Counted from the stretch's first letter, positions 40,389 through 49,602 are shown. The stretch: DNA of 64,000 nt from Candidatus Iainarchaeum sp. (GCA_043809245.1 JAZDDZ010000054.1:1-64000), one strand, 5' to 3'. Translations and numbers: made by a program. Notes: generated by a model from the letters alone, not told the origin.

Positions 40389-41558
40389 ATGACGAAGCGT
40401 TCAAGGCCCAGATCCGGCTCAATGGGTGTATACCCTAGAGTCAGGGCCAAGAAAATTGTTGCCACTTTTAGCACTTATCCGGCTGTTGACGGCGAGGTCA
40501 AGCCATTGAATTTTTTCGGCTACAAGGCAGGAATGGTTCACGCAATGGCCTTGGATGATCACCAGAAAGCGGTTTCATTCGGCCAGCAGATTGTGGTGCC
40601 GTGCACTGTGATTGAATGCCCACCATTAAAGGTTTTCGGGGTAAGGGCATACAAGAAAACCCATTATGGCCTGGAGGCCGCGGGAGACGTGCTTGCTGAA
40701 AAGGTTGAAAAGCATTTCAAAAAAAGGGTTAAGAATTTTTTGCAGAAGTCCAAGAAAAACAAGGAAAAGAAAAAAGAGGAAGGAAAAAAATTCGCTGATT
40801 TGGAGAAAGAAAAAGAAGCGATTTCCGAGATAAGATTGCTTGTGCACGCGCAGCCATACCTTACAACGATAGGGAAAAAGTCGCCTGAGGCAATTGAACT
40901 CAAGCTGAACGGCAGCGTTGAGCAGCAGCTTGTGTTTGCAAAGCAGAAGCTTGGGGGAGAAATTTCATTAAAGGATGTTTTCAAGGAAAAGCAGTTTGTG
41001 GACGTGAAAGCCGTAAACAAGGGAAAGGGCTTTCAGGGAGTGATTAAGAGGTTTGGCGTGAAACAGCACAGGCCGAAAGCGAAAAAAAGAAGGATTGTCG
41101 GAAGCATTGGGCCTTGGAACCCGAGCACAGTGATGTACACTGTTGCAAGGGCAGGCCAGATGGGATTCCATTCAAGAACCGAATACAATAAGAGGGTTAT
41201 TGCAATAGGGAATGATGCTGAAGGCATTAATCCCGGAGCGGGTTTCAGGAATTACGGCCTGGTGAAAAACGAGTTCTTGGTTTTGGCTGGCTCGCTTCCA
41301 GGTCCCGCGAAAAGGATTATCGCGTTAAGGGAGCCGATAAGGCCTGTTCCGTTGGAAAGGTTTAACGTGAAGGATATTTCATTCGCAATAGGTGCAAGGA
41401 AAAAAGGCGCGGAAGCAAAACCGGTTGCAGAGGAAGAGGAAAAAATCGCCACAAAAGTTGAAATAAAGAAAGAGGAGAAAAAGGGGCATAAAAGCGTTGA
41501 AGAGGAAATAGCTGCAGCGGCGAAAGGCGCGGAAAAAAAGGAAAAGAAGAAAGAGTGA
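40389..41558 (+). CDS. rpl3: 50S ribosomal protein L3
   Basis: RPRSGSMG, GYKAGM, GKGFQGVIKRFG, AGQMGFH. Confidence 0.97.
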   Translation: MTKRSRPRSGSMGVYPRVRAKKIVATFSTYPAVDGEVKPLNFFGYKAGMVHAMALDDHQKAVSFGQQIVVPCTVIECPPLKVFGVRAYKKTHYGLEAAGDVLAEKVEKHFKKRVKNFLQKSKKNKEKKKEEGKKFADLEKEKEAISEIRLLVHAQPYLTTIGKKSPEAIELKLNGSVEQQLVFAKQKLGGEISLKDVFKEKQFVDVKAVNKGKGFQGVIKRFGVKQHRPKAKKRRIVGSIGPWNPSTVMYTVARAGQMGFHSRTEYNKRVIAIGNDAEGINPGAGFRNYGLVKNEFLVLAGSLPGPAKRIIALREPIRPVPLERFNVKDISFAIGARKKGAEAKPVAEEEEKIATKVEIKKEEKKGHKSVEEEIAAAAKGAEKKEKKKE

Positions 41559-41568
41559 ATGGGAAAAC

Positions 41569-42387
41569 GTGAAGTTTATGGCATTGAAAGCGGTTGTGCA
41601 TTCCCTGGATGGAAAGGAATTGAAGGAGATAAGCCTGCCGGAGGCATTTGAAGCGGAGATAGATGAAGCGCTCATCAAGAGAGCCGTGCTTTCAATTCAG
41701 AGCGCGAGGGTGCAGAGGAAAGGCGCAAGCCATGCAGCGGGAAGGGATTACGCGATATTCTTCTCTGCGCTGAGGTCAAAGCCAAGCATGTACCGCGTAA
41801 TAAACACCGAGCATGCAAGGCTGCCTAGGCTGAAAAACAGGCGCTATCCCCTGAGCGGAAGGGTTGCCGGGGTTTCGCATGCAGTTAAGGGAACAAGGGC
41901 GCACCCCCTGAAGCCGGAAAAGAATCCAGCGGAAAAAATAAACAAAAAAGAGAAAAAAAAGGCAACTGCTTCAGCGATTGCGGCAACTGCAAAGCCCGAG
42001 CTTGTGAAGAAAAGGGGGCATTTGTTTGCAAAGGACACAAGGCTTCCGTTGGTTGTGGAGGACAAATTCGAGGAATTGAAGAAGACAAGGGAAGTCGTGC
42101 ACGCGCTTGAAAAGCTTAACTTGTTTGAAGACGTGGAGAAAGTGAAAAAGAAGAAGAAAAAGGTGCGCGCGGGAAAGGGAAAAAAGCGCGGAAGAAAATA
42201 CAAGGGCGGCAAAAGTGTTTTGATTGTAACGGGAAAAAACGCCTCTGTTTTCAATGCCGCGAGAAACCTGCCTGGAGTGGAGATAGTCGAGGCAAGGAAT
42301 CTGAACGCGGAACTTTTGGCGCCGGGAGCGGTTCCTGGAAGGCTAACGCTTTGGACAGAGAGCGCATTGAAGTTTTTGGGAAAGTGA
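41569..42387 (+). CDS. rpl4: 50S ribosomal protein L4
   Basis: ARLPR, GTRAHP, LLAPGAVPGRLT. Confidence 0.95.
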   Translation: MKFMALKAVVHSLDGKELKEISLPEAFEAEIDEALIKRAVLSIQSARVQRKGASHAAGRDYAIFFSALRSKPSMYRVINTEHARLPRLKNRRYPLSGRVAGVSHAVKGTRAHPLKPEKNPAEKINKKEKKKATASAIAATAKPELVKKRGHLFAKDTRLPLVVEDKFEELKKTREVVHALEKLNLFEDVEKVKKKKKKVRAGKGKKRGRKYKGGKSVLIVTGKNASVFNAARNLPGVEIVEARNLNAELLAPGAVPGRLTLWTESALKFLGK

Positions 42388-42393
42388 ATGTAA

Positions 42394-42846
42394 ATGGCTG
42401 CGAAAAAAGAAGGGAAAAAGAAGGAACACGAGGGCAAGGGAAAGCCCGCGCAGAAAAAGGAAAAAAAGGCGGAGAAAAAAACAGCCACTGCAAAAAAAGA
42501 GGAAGCGAAAAAGGTTGCGATTGAGAAAAAGGAGATTGTGGAGAAAGTGAAGGAGGAAGCGAAAAAGATTTCCATTGAAGAGCAGCTTAATGCGCTTGAA
42601 ATTTTAAAGTACCCCTTGATTTCGGAGAAAGCGGTTAACATGATTGAATCCGAGAACAAGCTTTGCTTTATAGTTGACCAGCGGGCTTCAAAGGCGGATG
42701 TAAAGAAAGCCGTTGAAGGGCTTTACGCTGTAAAGGTTGACAGGGTTAACATTATTCACGACATGAGGGCGAGAAAAAAGGCCTTGGTGAAAATAAACAA
42801 GGCATTCAAGGCGCAGGATGTTGCTACAAAACTTGGTGTATTGTAA
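42394..42846 (+). CDS. rpl23: 50S ribosomal protein L23 with long Lys/Glu N-terminal extension
   Basis: YPLISEKA, KKALVK, ATKLGVL. Confidence 0.95.
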   Translation: MAAKKEGKKKEHEGKGKPAQKKEKKAEKKTATAKKEEAKKVAIEKKEIVEKVKEEAKKISIEEQLNALEILKYPLISEKAVNMIESENKLCFIVDQRASKADVKKAVEGLYAVKVDRVNIIHDMRARKKALVKINKAFKAQDVATKLGVL

Positions 42847-43572
42847 ATGGCAAAGAGAATAAAGTCCCAGAGGGCTGGAAAGGGAAGCCCGACGTTCATG
42901 GCGACAAAGAACGGAGTAGCGGACATCAAGTACATTACGGTTGGAGAAAAGCAGAGGGACGGAGTGTTAAAGGGAGAGGTAATTGACTTGGTTAACGACC
43001 CCGGAAGGACAAGTGTTCTCGCAAAAATAGTGTTCGAGGACGGAAGAGAGGAGTTTGTGATTGCTGCAGAGGGATTAGGTGTCGGCGACAGGATAGCGTA
43101 CGGCAGGAAAGCAGGCCTTGCCATTGGAAATGTTTTGCCTTTAGGTGAATTGGTTGAAGGAGCACCTGTGTTCAACATAGAGAAAGAAATGGGTGATGGG
43201 GGAAGGATTGCCCGCGCCTCGGGGCTTTATGCTTTGATTATGGCAAAGGACAAGGCAGGGGTAAGCGTTAAATTGCCTTCCGGCAAAATAATTGTTCTGC
43301 CGCACGAGTCCAGGGCGACTGTTGGATGCTGCGCCGCCGGGGGAAGGCCTGAAAAGCCCTTGCTTAAGGCCGGAAGCAACTGGCATAAGTTTCACGCGCG
43401 CGGCCACAAGTATCCGGGAGTACGCGGCGTTGCACAGAACCCATTGTCGCATCCATTTGGCGGTTACCAGCATCATCCTGGAAAGTCAAAGAGCACTTCA
43501 AGGCACGCTCCGCCCGGAAGAAAAGTGGGAGCGATTGCATCAAAGAGGACTGGAAGGAGAAAAAAGAATTAA
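42847..43572 (+). CDS. rpl2: 50S ribosomal protein L2
   Basis: DPGR, RGVAQNP.SHPFGG, PPGRKVG. Confidence 0.97.
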   Translation: MAKRIKSQRAGKGSPTFMATKNGVADIKYITVGEKQRDGVLKGEVIDLVNDPGRTSVLAKIVFEDGREEFVIAAEGLGVGDRIAYGRKAGLAIGNVLPLGELVEGAPVFNIEKEMGDGGRIARASGLYALIMAKDKAGVSVKLPSGKIIVLPHESRATVGCCAAGGRPEKPLLKAGSNWHKFHARGHKYPGVRGVAQNPLSHPFGGYQHHPGKSKSTSRHAPPGRKVGAIASKRTGRRKKN

Positions 43573-43582
43573 AGGTGAATGA

Positions 43583-43987
43583 ATGGCAAAACAGTTTACT
43601 TTCCGCGGAAAAACAATCGAGGAACTCAATGCGTTAAGCATAGAGGAGTTCTCAAAGCTCGTCACGTCAAGGGCGAGAAGGACGCTTAAGAGAAAGGACT
43701 TCAAAAAGTTCCTGAAGAAAATCGAGAAGGCAAGGCAGGCAAAGGCAGGCGGAAAGGATGTCAAGCCAGTGAAAACGCACAGGCGCGACACAATTGTTGT
43801 TCCTGCAATGGTGGGATTGAAGGTCGGCATTCACGCCGGAAAGGAATTCCAGACAGTTGAAATCACTGAGAAAATGCTTGGGCATTTTTTGGGGGAATTT
43901 GCGCTTACAAGGAAAAGATTGTTGCACGGAAAAGCCGGAATAGGCGCCACAAGGTCAAGCACTGCGCTTGTGTCGGCAAGAGGATAA
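43583..43987 (+). CDS. rps19: 30S ribosomal protein S19
   Basis: KTHRRD, GHFLGEFALTRK. Confidence 0.97.
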   Translation: MAKQFTFRGKTIEELNALSIEEFSKLVTSRARRTLKRKDFKKFLKKIEKARQAKAGGKDVKPVKTHRRDTIVVPAMVGLKVGIHAGKEFQTVEITEKMLGHFLGEFALTRKRLLHGKAGIGATRSSTALVSARG

Positions 43988-43998
43988 AGAAAAAAACA

Positions 43999-44478
43999 GT
44001 GAACAAAATGGTGAAGAAAAATTACCAGATAGAGATTCCGAACGAGAAAAAGATAGCGAAAGCAGTTGCCAAGAATGCGCATGCCTCGCTGAAGTATTCA
44101 ACGGAGCTCGTGAGGGAATTGAAGGGGCAAAGGCTTGACAGGTCCATGGAATTCCTGCAGAGGATAATGGAGAAAAAAGAGCATTTGCCTTTAAGGAGAT
44201 ACAAGAAAAAGGTGCCGCACAGGAAAGGCGAAACAAAAAGCTTCACGAAAACAGGCCGCTATCCGGTCAAGACCGCGGGGATTTTTTCAAGCCTTTTGGA
44301 GTCTGTTAAGTCAAACGCGGATTACAAGGGCCTGGACGCGGAGAATTTGCTGATAACGCACATGTTTGTTTCCCAGGGATTTGGAAGGATTGGATACCAG
44401 CCGCAGGGAAGGATTTCGGGAAAGGCAAGGAGAAAAAAGGCGGTTCACTTGGAAGTTGTTGTGACAGAGGCGAAATAA
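43999..44478 (+). CDS. rpl22: 50S ribosomal protein L22
   Basis: GRYPVK, NADYKGLD; synteny. Confidence 0.95.
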   Translation: MNKMVKKNYQIEIPNEKKIAKAVAKNAHASLKYSTELVRELKGQRLDRSMEFLQRIMEKKEHLPLRRYKKKVPHRKGETKSFTKTGRYPVKTAGIFSSLLESVKSNADYKGLDAENLLITHMFVSQGFGRIGYQPQGRISGKARRKKAVHLEVVVTEAK

Positions 44479-44490
44479 TTTTGTTTATGG

Positions 44491-45399
44491 GTGAAAGAAA
44501 TGATTGAAAAGATTTTCATTGAGCAGGGAGTTAAAAGAGTGGAATTGGAGGAGTTCTTGAAGAAAGAGCTTGACCGAGCCGGCTTCACAAAGTCGGAGAT
44601 ACAGAAGACTCCGCTTGTAACGCGCATTATAGTCAATGTCACAAGGCCCGGGCTTGCGATTGGGAAAAGCGGCGCAAACATAAGGCAGTTGACTGAGATA
44701 ATCCATTCAAGGTTTGGAATTGAAAACCCGCAGCTTGAAATAAAGGAGATAACAAAGCCGGAGCTTGACGCAGCCGCAATGGTTAACAGGCTCAAGGCGC
44801 TTATTGAGCGAGGGCATTCATGGAGAAGCATTGCATACAGGGTGGTAAATGACATTTCGATGGCTGGAGCGCAGGGCGTTGAATTGGTTGTTTCCGGAAA
44901 GCTCACGGGAAAAGGCGGAAGGAAGAAAAGGGTCAGGATAGCGCAGGGATACATGAAGAAAGTCGGCGACCAGGCTTCGCTTGTTGATTATGCAAAGACA
45001 ACGGCATATCCAAAGCCGGGTGCGATTGGGATAAAGCTAAAGCTTGTCAGGCCGGAAACAATTTTCCCGGACAAGGTTAATATTATTGAAATCATCAGGG
45101 CGAAAAAGGCAGCTGACTTCAAGGCAGCCAAGGCGCAGGAAGATAAAAAAGAGGAAGGCGCGGAGGCGGCCGAAGAAGGGAAAACCGAAGTGAAGGCAGC
45201 GGAAAAAAAAGAAGAGAAAGACGGAAAAAAGGACGCAGAGAAAAAGCACGAGGGAAAAAAAGAAGAAAAGCCCGCGGAAAAAAAACACGTTGAGAAGGCG
45301 GAGCACGAAAAGAAAGCCGAAGACAAAAAGCACGGGAAAAAAGAAGAGAAAGCCGAAAAAAAGAACGGGAAAGAAAAAGGAAAGGGCAAGGAAAAGTAA
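44491..45399 (+). CDS. rps3: 30S ribosomal protein S3 with ~100-aa Lys/Glu C-terminal tail
   Basis: RPGLAIGKSG KH motif, SGKL. Confidence 0.96.
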   Translation: MKEMIEKIFIEQGVKRVELEEFLKKELDRAGFTKSEIQKTPLVTRIIVNVTRPGLAIGKSGANIRQLTEIIHSRFGIENPQLEIKEITKPELDAAAMVNRLKALIERGHSWRSIAYRVVNDISMAGAQGVELVVSGKLTGKGGRKKRVRIAQGYMKKVGDQASLVDYAKTTAYPKPGAIGIKLKLVRPETIFPDKVNIIEIIRAKKAADFKAAKAQEDKKEEGAEAAEEGKTEVKAAEKKEEKDGKKDAEKKHEGKKEEKPAEKKHVEKAEHEKKAEDKKHGKKEEKAEKKNGKEKGKGKEK

Positions 45400-45418
45400 T
45401 GCAAAAAAAAGTGAGTGA

Positions 45419-45658
45419 TTGTTTATGGCTGCGGTGAAGAAAAAGGATTTGAGGGAAATGCCGAAAGCGGAACTAGAGGAAAAGCTTGCGGAGATAAGCA
45501 TGGAGCTTGCAAAGGAAAGGGCAATGCTTGCCTCGGGAACAAGGCCTGAAAAGCCCGCGAAAATAAAGCAGTTAAGGAAAGGCATTGCAAGGATTAAGAC
45601 TTTCCTGCACCAGAAAAAAATGGGTGAAGGAAATAAAAAGGATAAAGCAAAGGAGTGA
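45419..45658 (+). CDS. rpl29: 50S ribosomal protein L29
   Basis: LRKGIARIKT. Confidence 0.93.
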   Translation: MFMAAVKKKDLREMPKAELEEKLAEISMELAKERAMLASGTRPEKPAKIKQLRKGIARIKTFLHQKKMGEGNKKDKAKE

Positions 45659-45969
45659 CCAAGGGAATGAAGGATATCTGTGAGAAATGCGGCCTGCCAA
45701 AAAACATCTGTGTCTGCGAGGAAATCGAAAAGGAAACGCAGAAAATCAGGATTAGGACGCTTTCAAGGAGATTCGGGAAAATCGTCACAATCGTAAGTGG
45801 CCTTACGGACAAGGAGCAGGCAAAAGAGCTCGAGAAGACGCTGAAAAGAAAGCTTGCGTGCGGCGGAACATTAAAGGGAAGCGAAATAGTATTGCAGGGC
45901 GAACACAGGAAAAAAGTCAACGAAATATTGCTAAAGGAAGGGTTCAAACAGGAGTTGATTGAAGCATAA
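45655..45969 (+). CDS. sui1: Translation initiation factor SUI1/aIF1
   Basis: CEKCGLP..C.C, LACGGT, LQGEH. Confidence 0.95.
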   Translation: MTKGMKDICEKCGLPKNICVCEEIEKETQKIRIRTLSRRFGKIVTIVSGLTDKEQAKELEKTLKRKLACGGTLKGSEIVLQGEHRKKVNEILLKEGFKQELIEA

Positions 45970-45975
45970 AAAATT

Positions 45976-46311
45976 TTGGTAACTTGTGAAGTGGTTTTTA
46001 TGGCTGTGAAAGGAAAAGGATATGAAATCAATGCGCGGAATTTGCTTGCGCATGAATTGATTGGCCTGCAGGCAGAGGTAATCGAAAGCACCGACAGGGG
46101 AAGAAAGGGAATCAAAGGCCGGGTTGTTGATGAGACAATGAACGTGCTTGTTGTTGAAACCGTGAAAGGGGAGAAAAAGGTTCCGAAAAAAGAGGCAGGG
46201 TTTGTTTTTGACCTTGAAGGGGAAAAGGCGTTTGTAGAGGGCGCATTGCTTTTGGCAAGGCCGGAGGACAGGGTCAAGGTTTTTGTGAAAAAATTCAAAA
46301 AGGCATTTTGA
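45976..46311 (+). CDS. rnp1: RNase P protein subunit Rpp29 (p29)
   Basis: HELIGL, GRVVDET.N, RPEDR; start probably 46000. Confidence 0.92.
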   Translation: MVTCEVVFMAVKGKGYEINARNLLAHELIGLQAEVIESTDRGRKGIKGRVVDETMNVLVVETVKGEKKVPKKEAGFVFDLEGEKAFVEGALLLARPEDRVKVFVKKFKKAF

Positions 46312-46338
46312 GGTCGGAAAAAATTTGAGGTTGTAAAA

Positions 46339-46767
46339 ATGGCGAAAGATGAAAATAAGGGAAACGCGGTAAAATGCAGTGACGTGAAATGCGCGCTGCA
46401 CGGAAGCCTTAAAGTGAGGGGAAACCTTTTCACGGGAAAGGTCGTGAGCGCAAAGGCGGAAAAGACAGTTGTAGTTGAGAGGGAGATAATGCACTTTGTG
46501 CACAAATACGAGAGGTATAAGAAGACGGTTTCAAGGATTGCGGCTTACAACCCAAAATGCATTGATGCAAAGGAAAACGACATAGTTAAAATCGGGGAGA
46601 CAAGAAGGCTAAGCAAGACAAAGAGCTTTGTAGTGCTTGAAAAAATCGGCCACGCAAAGGACATAAGAAGGGAAGAGGCATTCTTTGGCGGAAGCAAAGG
46701 CGAAAAAGAATCAGCAGAAGAGGCCGTGGAAGAAAAGGAAAGCGAAAGGGAAGTTGATGAAAAATGA
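46339..46767 (+). CDS. rps17: 30S ribosomal protein S17
   Basis: C.D.KC..HG, KYERY, ETRRLSKTK. Confidence 0.96.
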   Translation: MAKDENKGNAVKCSDVKCALHGSLKVRGNLFTGKVVSAKAEKTVVVEREIMHFVHKYERYKKTVSRIAAYNPKCIDAKENDIVKIGETRRLSKTKSFVVLEKIGHAKDIRREEAFFGGSKGEKESAEEAVEEKESEREVDEK

Positions 46768-47162
46768 AGGCGATTAATGCGACTCCAACGCAAGGGTTGA
46801 TGCAGAAAAGCAGGCTTTTGTGCGCTGACAACAGCGGTGCAAAGGAAGTGGAAATAATCAGCGTTATCGGCTATCATGCGAGGAAAAGGCAGAGCCAGAT
46901 GGCGGGCATTGCATCGATGGTTAATGTCGTGGTAAAGAAAGGAAAGCCGGAGATAAGGAAGAAAGTTGAAAGGGCGGTTGTGGTTCGAGTGAGAATGCCT
47001 TACAGGAGAAGTGACGGGACAAGGGTTTGCTTTGAGGATAATGCAGCAGTAATAGTGGATGAGAAAGGCATTCCAAAGGCATCTGAAGTGAAAGGCGTTG
47101 TTGCAAGAGAAGTAGGGGAGAGGTGGCCGAAAGTGGCCGGGCTTGCTTCCGCGGTTGTTTGA
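46764..47162 (+). CDS. rpl14: 50S ribosomal protein L14
   Basis: ADNSGAK, FEDNAAV. Confidence 0.97.
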   Translation: MKAINATPTQGLMQKSRLLCADNSGAKEVEIISVIGYHARKRQSQMAGIASMVNVVVKKGKPEIRKKVERAVVVRVRMPYRRSDGTRVCFEDNAAVIVDEKGIPKASEVKGVVAREVGERWPKVAGLASAVV

Positions 47163-47174
47163 GGTTGAAGATTT

Positions 47175-47615
47175 ATGAATATTGAAAGCGCTAAACCGAA
47201 AAAGCAGAGGAAATTCAAGGCAATGCTGCCGCTTCACCTTAAAAGAAAGCAGCTCAGCAGCCATTTAAGCAAGGAGTTAAGGAAGGGAATTGGAAGGAGA
47301 GCTGTTGAGGCAAGGAAAGGCGACAAGGCAAAGGTTTTGCGCGGTGACTTCAGGGGAAAAGAGGGAAAAATTGTAAGGGTTGACGTTGCAAGGCAGAAGT
47401 TATTCATTGAAAAGCTTGTGAGGAAAAAGGCTGACGGCACGGAAAAGCTTGTTCCATTTAACGCATCGAATCTTTTGCTTGTTGAACTCGAAAGAAGCGA
47501 TGACAGAAGATTCAGGGAAAGGAAAGGCACGGGCAAAATGAATGGCAAAAAGGAAAAAGAAGCAGGCGAAGTTAAAGCTGGAAAAAAAGAAGAAAAAACT
47601 GAAGGGAAGAAATAG
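47175..47615 (+). CDS. rpl24: 50S ribosomal protein L24
   Basis: KPKKQRK, KOW motif KGD...LRGDF.GKEG. Confidence 0.95.
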   Translation: MNIESAKPKKQRKFKAMLPLHLKRKQLSSHLSKELRKGIGRRAVEARKGDKAKVLRGDFRGKEGKIVRVDVARQKLFIEKLVRKKADGTEKLVPFNASNLLLVELERSDDRRFRERKGTGKMNGKKEKEAGEVKAGKKEEKTEGKK

Positions 47616-47627
47616 GAGTTGTAGGGT

Positions 47628-48374
47628 ATGGCTAAGAAAGGTGAAGGGAAAAGCCAGAAAAGGCTGAGCGCGCAGAAGGCAATGTTTTTGCCTAGAAAAG
47701 GAAAGGTTTGGGCGATAAAGGGAAGGCCGGGGCCGCACAGCAGCCAGGCATCAGTGCCATTGGGTTTTGTTTTAAGGGATTTGCTTGGAATCGCGAAGAC
47801 TTTAAAGGAAGCGAAAAAAATCCTTTTAAGCGGCGCAGTGCATGTAAATGGAGTTGTTAGAACCGAGTACAGGCTTCCAGTGGGAATTTTTGACCTCATT
47901 GAATTGCCTGGGGTGAAAAAAGTTTACAGGGCAGTCATTGACTCAAAGCAAAGGATTGCGGTAAGGGTTTTGGATGCAAAAGCCGAGAAGGCAAGGATCT
48001 GCAAGGTCACGGGAAAAAAGACCGCGAAAAAAGGAATGGTGCAATTGACCTTCAATGATGGCACGGTTTTGCTTGAAAAGAAAACAAAGCTGAAATGCAT
48101 GGATTCCGCGAAATTAAGCGTGCCTGAAAAAAAGATTTTGGCAGAACTTGCGTTAAGCGAGGGAAGCCTTGCCTATCTTTTGACTGGAAAATCCGCGGGA
48201 GCTGTCGCAAGAATCAAAAAGATTTTCGAGGCCACGATGAGAAAGCCGAGAGTAGTCGAGCTTGAGCAGGGAAAAAATGTTTTCCAGACAAACGCGGAAA
48301 ACGTGCTTGTGGTCGGAGAAAAAAAATTGGAGATTGACTTGGGAATAGAGGAAGAAAAAAATAAAAGGGAATGA
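47628..48374 (+). CDS. rps4e: 30S ribosomal protein S4e
   Basis: PGPH, LRDLL, PVGIFD. Confidence 0.95.
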   Translation: MAKKGEGKSQKRLSAQKAMFLPRKGKVWAIKGRPGPHSSQASVPLGFVLRDLLGIAKTLKEAKKILLSGAVHVNGVVRTEYRLPVGIFDLIELPGVKKVYRAVIDSKQRIAVRVLDAKAEKARICKVTGKKTAKKGMVQLTFNDGTVLLEKKTKLKCMDSAKLSVPEKKILAELALSEGSLAYLLTGKSAGAVARIKKIFEATMRKPRVVELEQGKNVFQTNAENVLVVGEKKLEIDLGIEEEKNKRE

Positions 48375-48380
48375 AAGAAC

Positions 48381-48902
48381 ATGGGCGAAAGCAACAACCA
48401 CATGAGGGAAATAGAGATTGAAAAGGTCACGGTAAACATGGGTGTTGGCCAGACAGGGCAGGAACTCGACAAGGCATGCACTATCCTTGAGAACATCACG
48501 GGAATGAAGCCATTGAGGACTTCATGCAAGGTCAGGATTCCGACCTGGGGTATAAGGGAAGGCCTGCTTATCGGCGCGAAGGTTACCTTGCGCGGAAAAA
48601 AAGCCGAGGAATTCCTTAAAAAGGCATTGAATGCAAAGGACAATTCGGTTAAGGGGAAAAGCTTTGACCAGAAAGGAAACTTTGGCTTTGGGGTAAAGGA
48701 GCATATTGACATGCCGGGAGTAAAATACGACCCAAAGTTAGGCATAAGGGGCTTGGATGTGCTTGTTACGCTTAAAAGGCACGGGGGATACAGGCTTAGA
48801 AGGAGAAAAATCGGCAAGAAAAGCATTGGTTCAAGGCACTCATTGAAAAAAGCCGAGGCAATGGAGTTTGTGAAAAAAAAATTTGGGGTTGAAGTGAAAT
48901 GA
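48381..48902 (+). CDS. rpl5: 50S ribosomal protein L5
   Basis: KVTVNMGVG, KVTLRG, GNFGFG.KEHID, YDP. Confidence 0.97.
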   Translation: MGESNNHMREIEIEKVTVNMGVGQTGQELDKACTILENITGMKPLRTSCKVRIPTWGIREGLLIGAKVTLRGKKAEEFLKKALNAKDNSVKGKSFDQKGNFGFGVKEHIDMPGVKYDPKLGIRGLDVLVTLKRHGGYRLRRRKIGKKSIGSRHSLKKAEAMEFVKKKFGVEVK

Positions 48903-49063
48903 GCGAAAAAGGAAAACTTGGCTTTGGAAAAACGCAGTCCGCGGGAAAAAAGTGCAGGAGATGCAAGAACAGGCGCGGGCTTATCTCAAAGTATGGAATG
49001 AAGCTTTGCAGGCGCTGCTTCAAGGACGTTGCCTTGCAGATGGGTTTCAAGAAATTCGATTAG
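48899..49063 (+). CDS. rps14: 30S ribosomal protein S14 (54 aa, absent from ORF track)
   Basis: MSEKGKLG..CRRC..GLISKYG..LCRRCF..MGFKKFD*; between rpl5 and rps8. Confidence 0.95.
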   Translation: MSEKGKLGFGKTQSAGKKCRRCKNRRGLISKYGMKLCRRCFKDVALQMGFKKFD

Positions 49064-49096
49064 TGAGATTAATGAAAGATTTAGGAAAAATATATA

Positions 49097-49157
49097 GAGG
49101 AAGGGAATCGGGAGGAACCTGGAACTGAAGGGAAACCTAGGTTTCCCTGCGGTTCGG
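49097..49157 (+). repeat. Structured intergenic element, copy 1 (two hairpins)
   Basis: 51/62 aligned columns identical to 56933..56993; contains AGGGAAACC-TA-GGTTTCCCT. Confidence 0.88.
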
Positions 49158-49181
49158 ATGGGGTTCAAAAAATTTGACTGA
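49158..49181 (+). pseudogene. Duplicate rps14 3' end (MGFKKFD*), synonymously diverged
   Basis: ATG GGG TTC AAA AAA TTT GAC TGA vs ATG GGT TTC AAG AAA TTC GAT TAG (49040-49063). Confidence 0.88.
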
Positions 49182-49203
49182 ATTTGGAGTTTGTGGAGAG
49201 TGA

Positions 49204-49602
49204 ATGAGAATGACATTGGTTGACCCGATTGCTGACGCGCTAGTCAACATAAAGAACCACGAGAATGCCTCGAAAAAACTATGCATTGTCAGGCCTGCGG
49301 CAAAGCTTTTGGGCGAAATACTGCGCGTCATGCAGGAGCAGGGCTACATCAGCACCTACGAGTTCGTTGATGATGGAAGGGAGGGCCTTTACAAGATAAA
49401 CCTTATGGGAAAAATAAACGAGTGCAAGGCAATCAAGCCCCGGTACGCAGTCAGGAAAAACGAGTTTGAAAGATACGAGAAAAGGTATCTTCCCGCAAAA
49501 GACGTGGGCTCGTTGATTGTGAGCACCCCCCGCGGGGTTATGACGCACAATGGCGCAAAGGAAAAGGAAATCGGCGGAAGGCTGATAGCTTACATTTACT
49601 GA
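49204..49602 (+). CDS. rps8: 30S ribosomal protein S8
   Basis: DPIADAL..IKN, IVSTPRG, GGRLIAY. Confidence 0.97.
   Translation: MRMTLVDPIADALVNIKNHENASKKLCIVRPAAKLLGEILRVMQEQGYISTYEFVDDGREGLYKINLMGKINECKAIKPRYAVRKNEFERYEKRYLPAKDVGSLIVSTPRGVMTHNGAKEKEIGGRLIAYIY

Noticed and set aside
49129-49148. Intrinsic terminator
   Set aside because: No U-tract, lies mid-operon, and does not explain the duplicated gene end
49122-49163. Group II intron domain V (CGGTTCGG..GGGG resemblance)
   Set aside because: No AGC/CGC catalytic triad, no GNRA loop or AC bulge, no other intron domains
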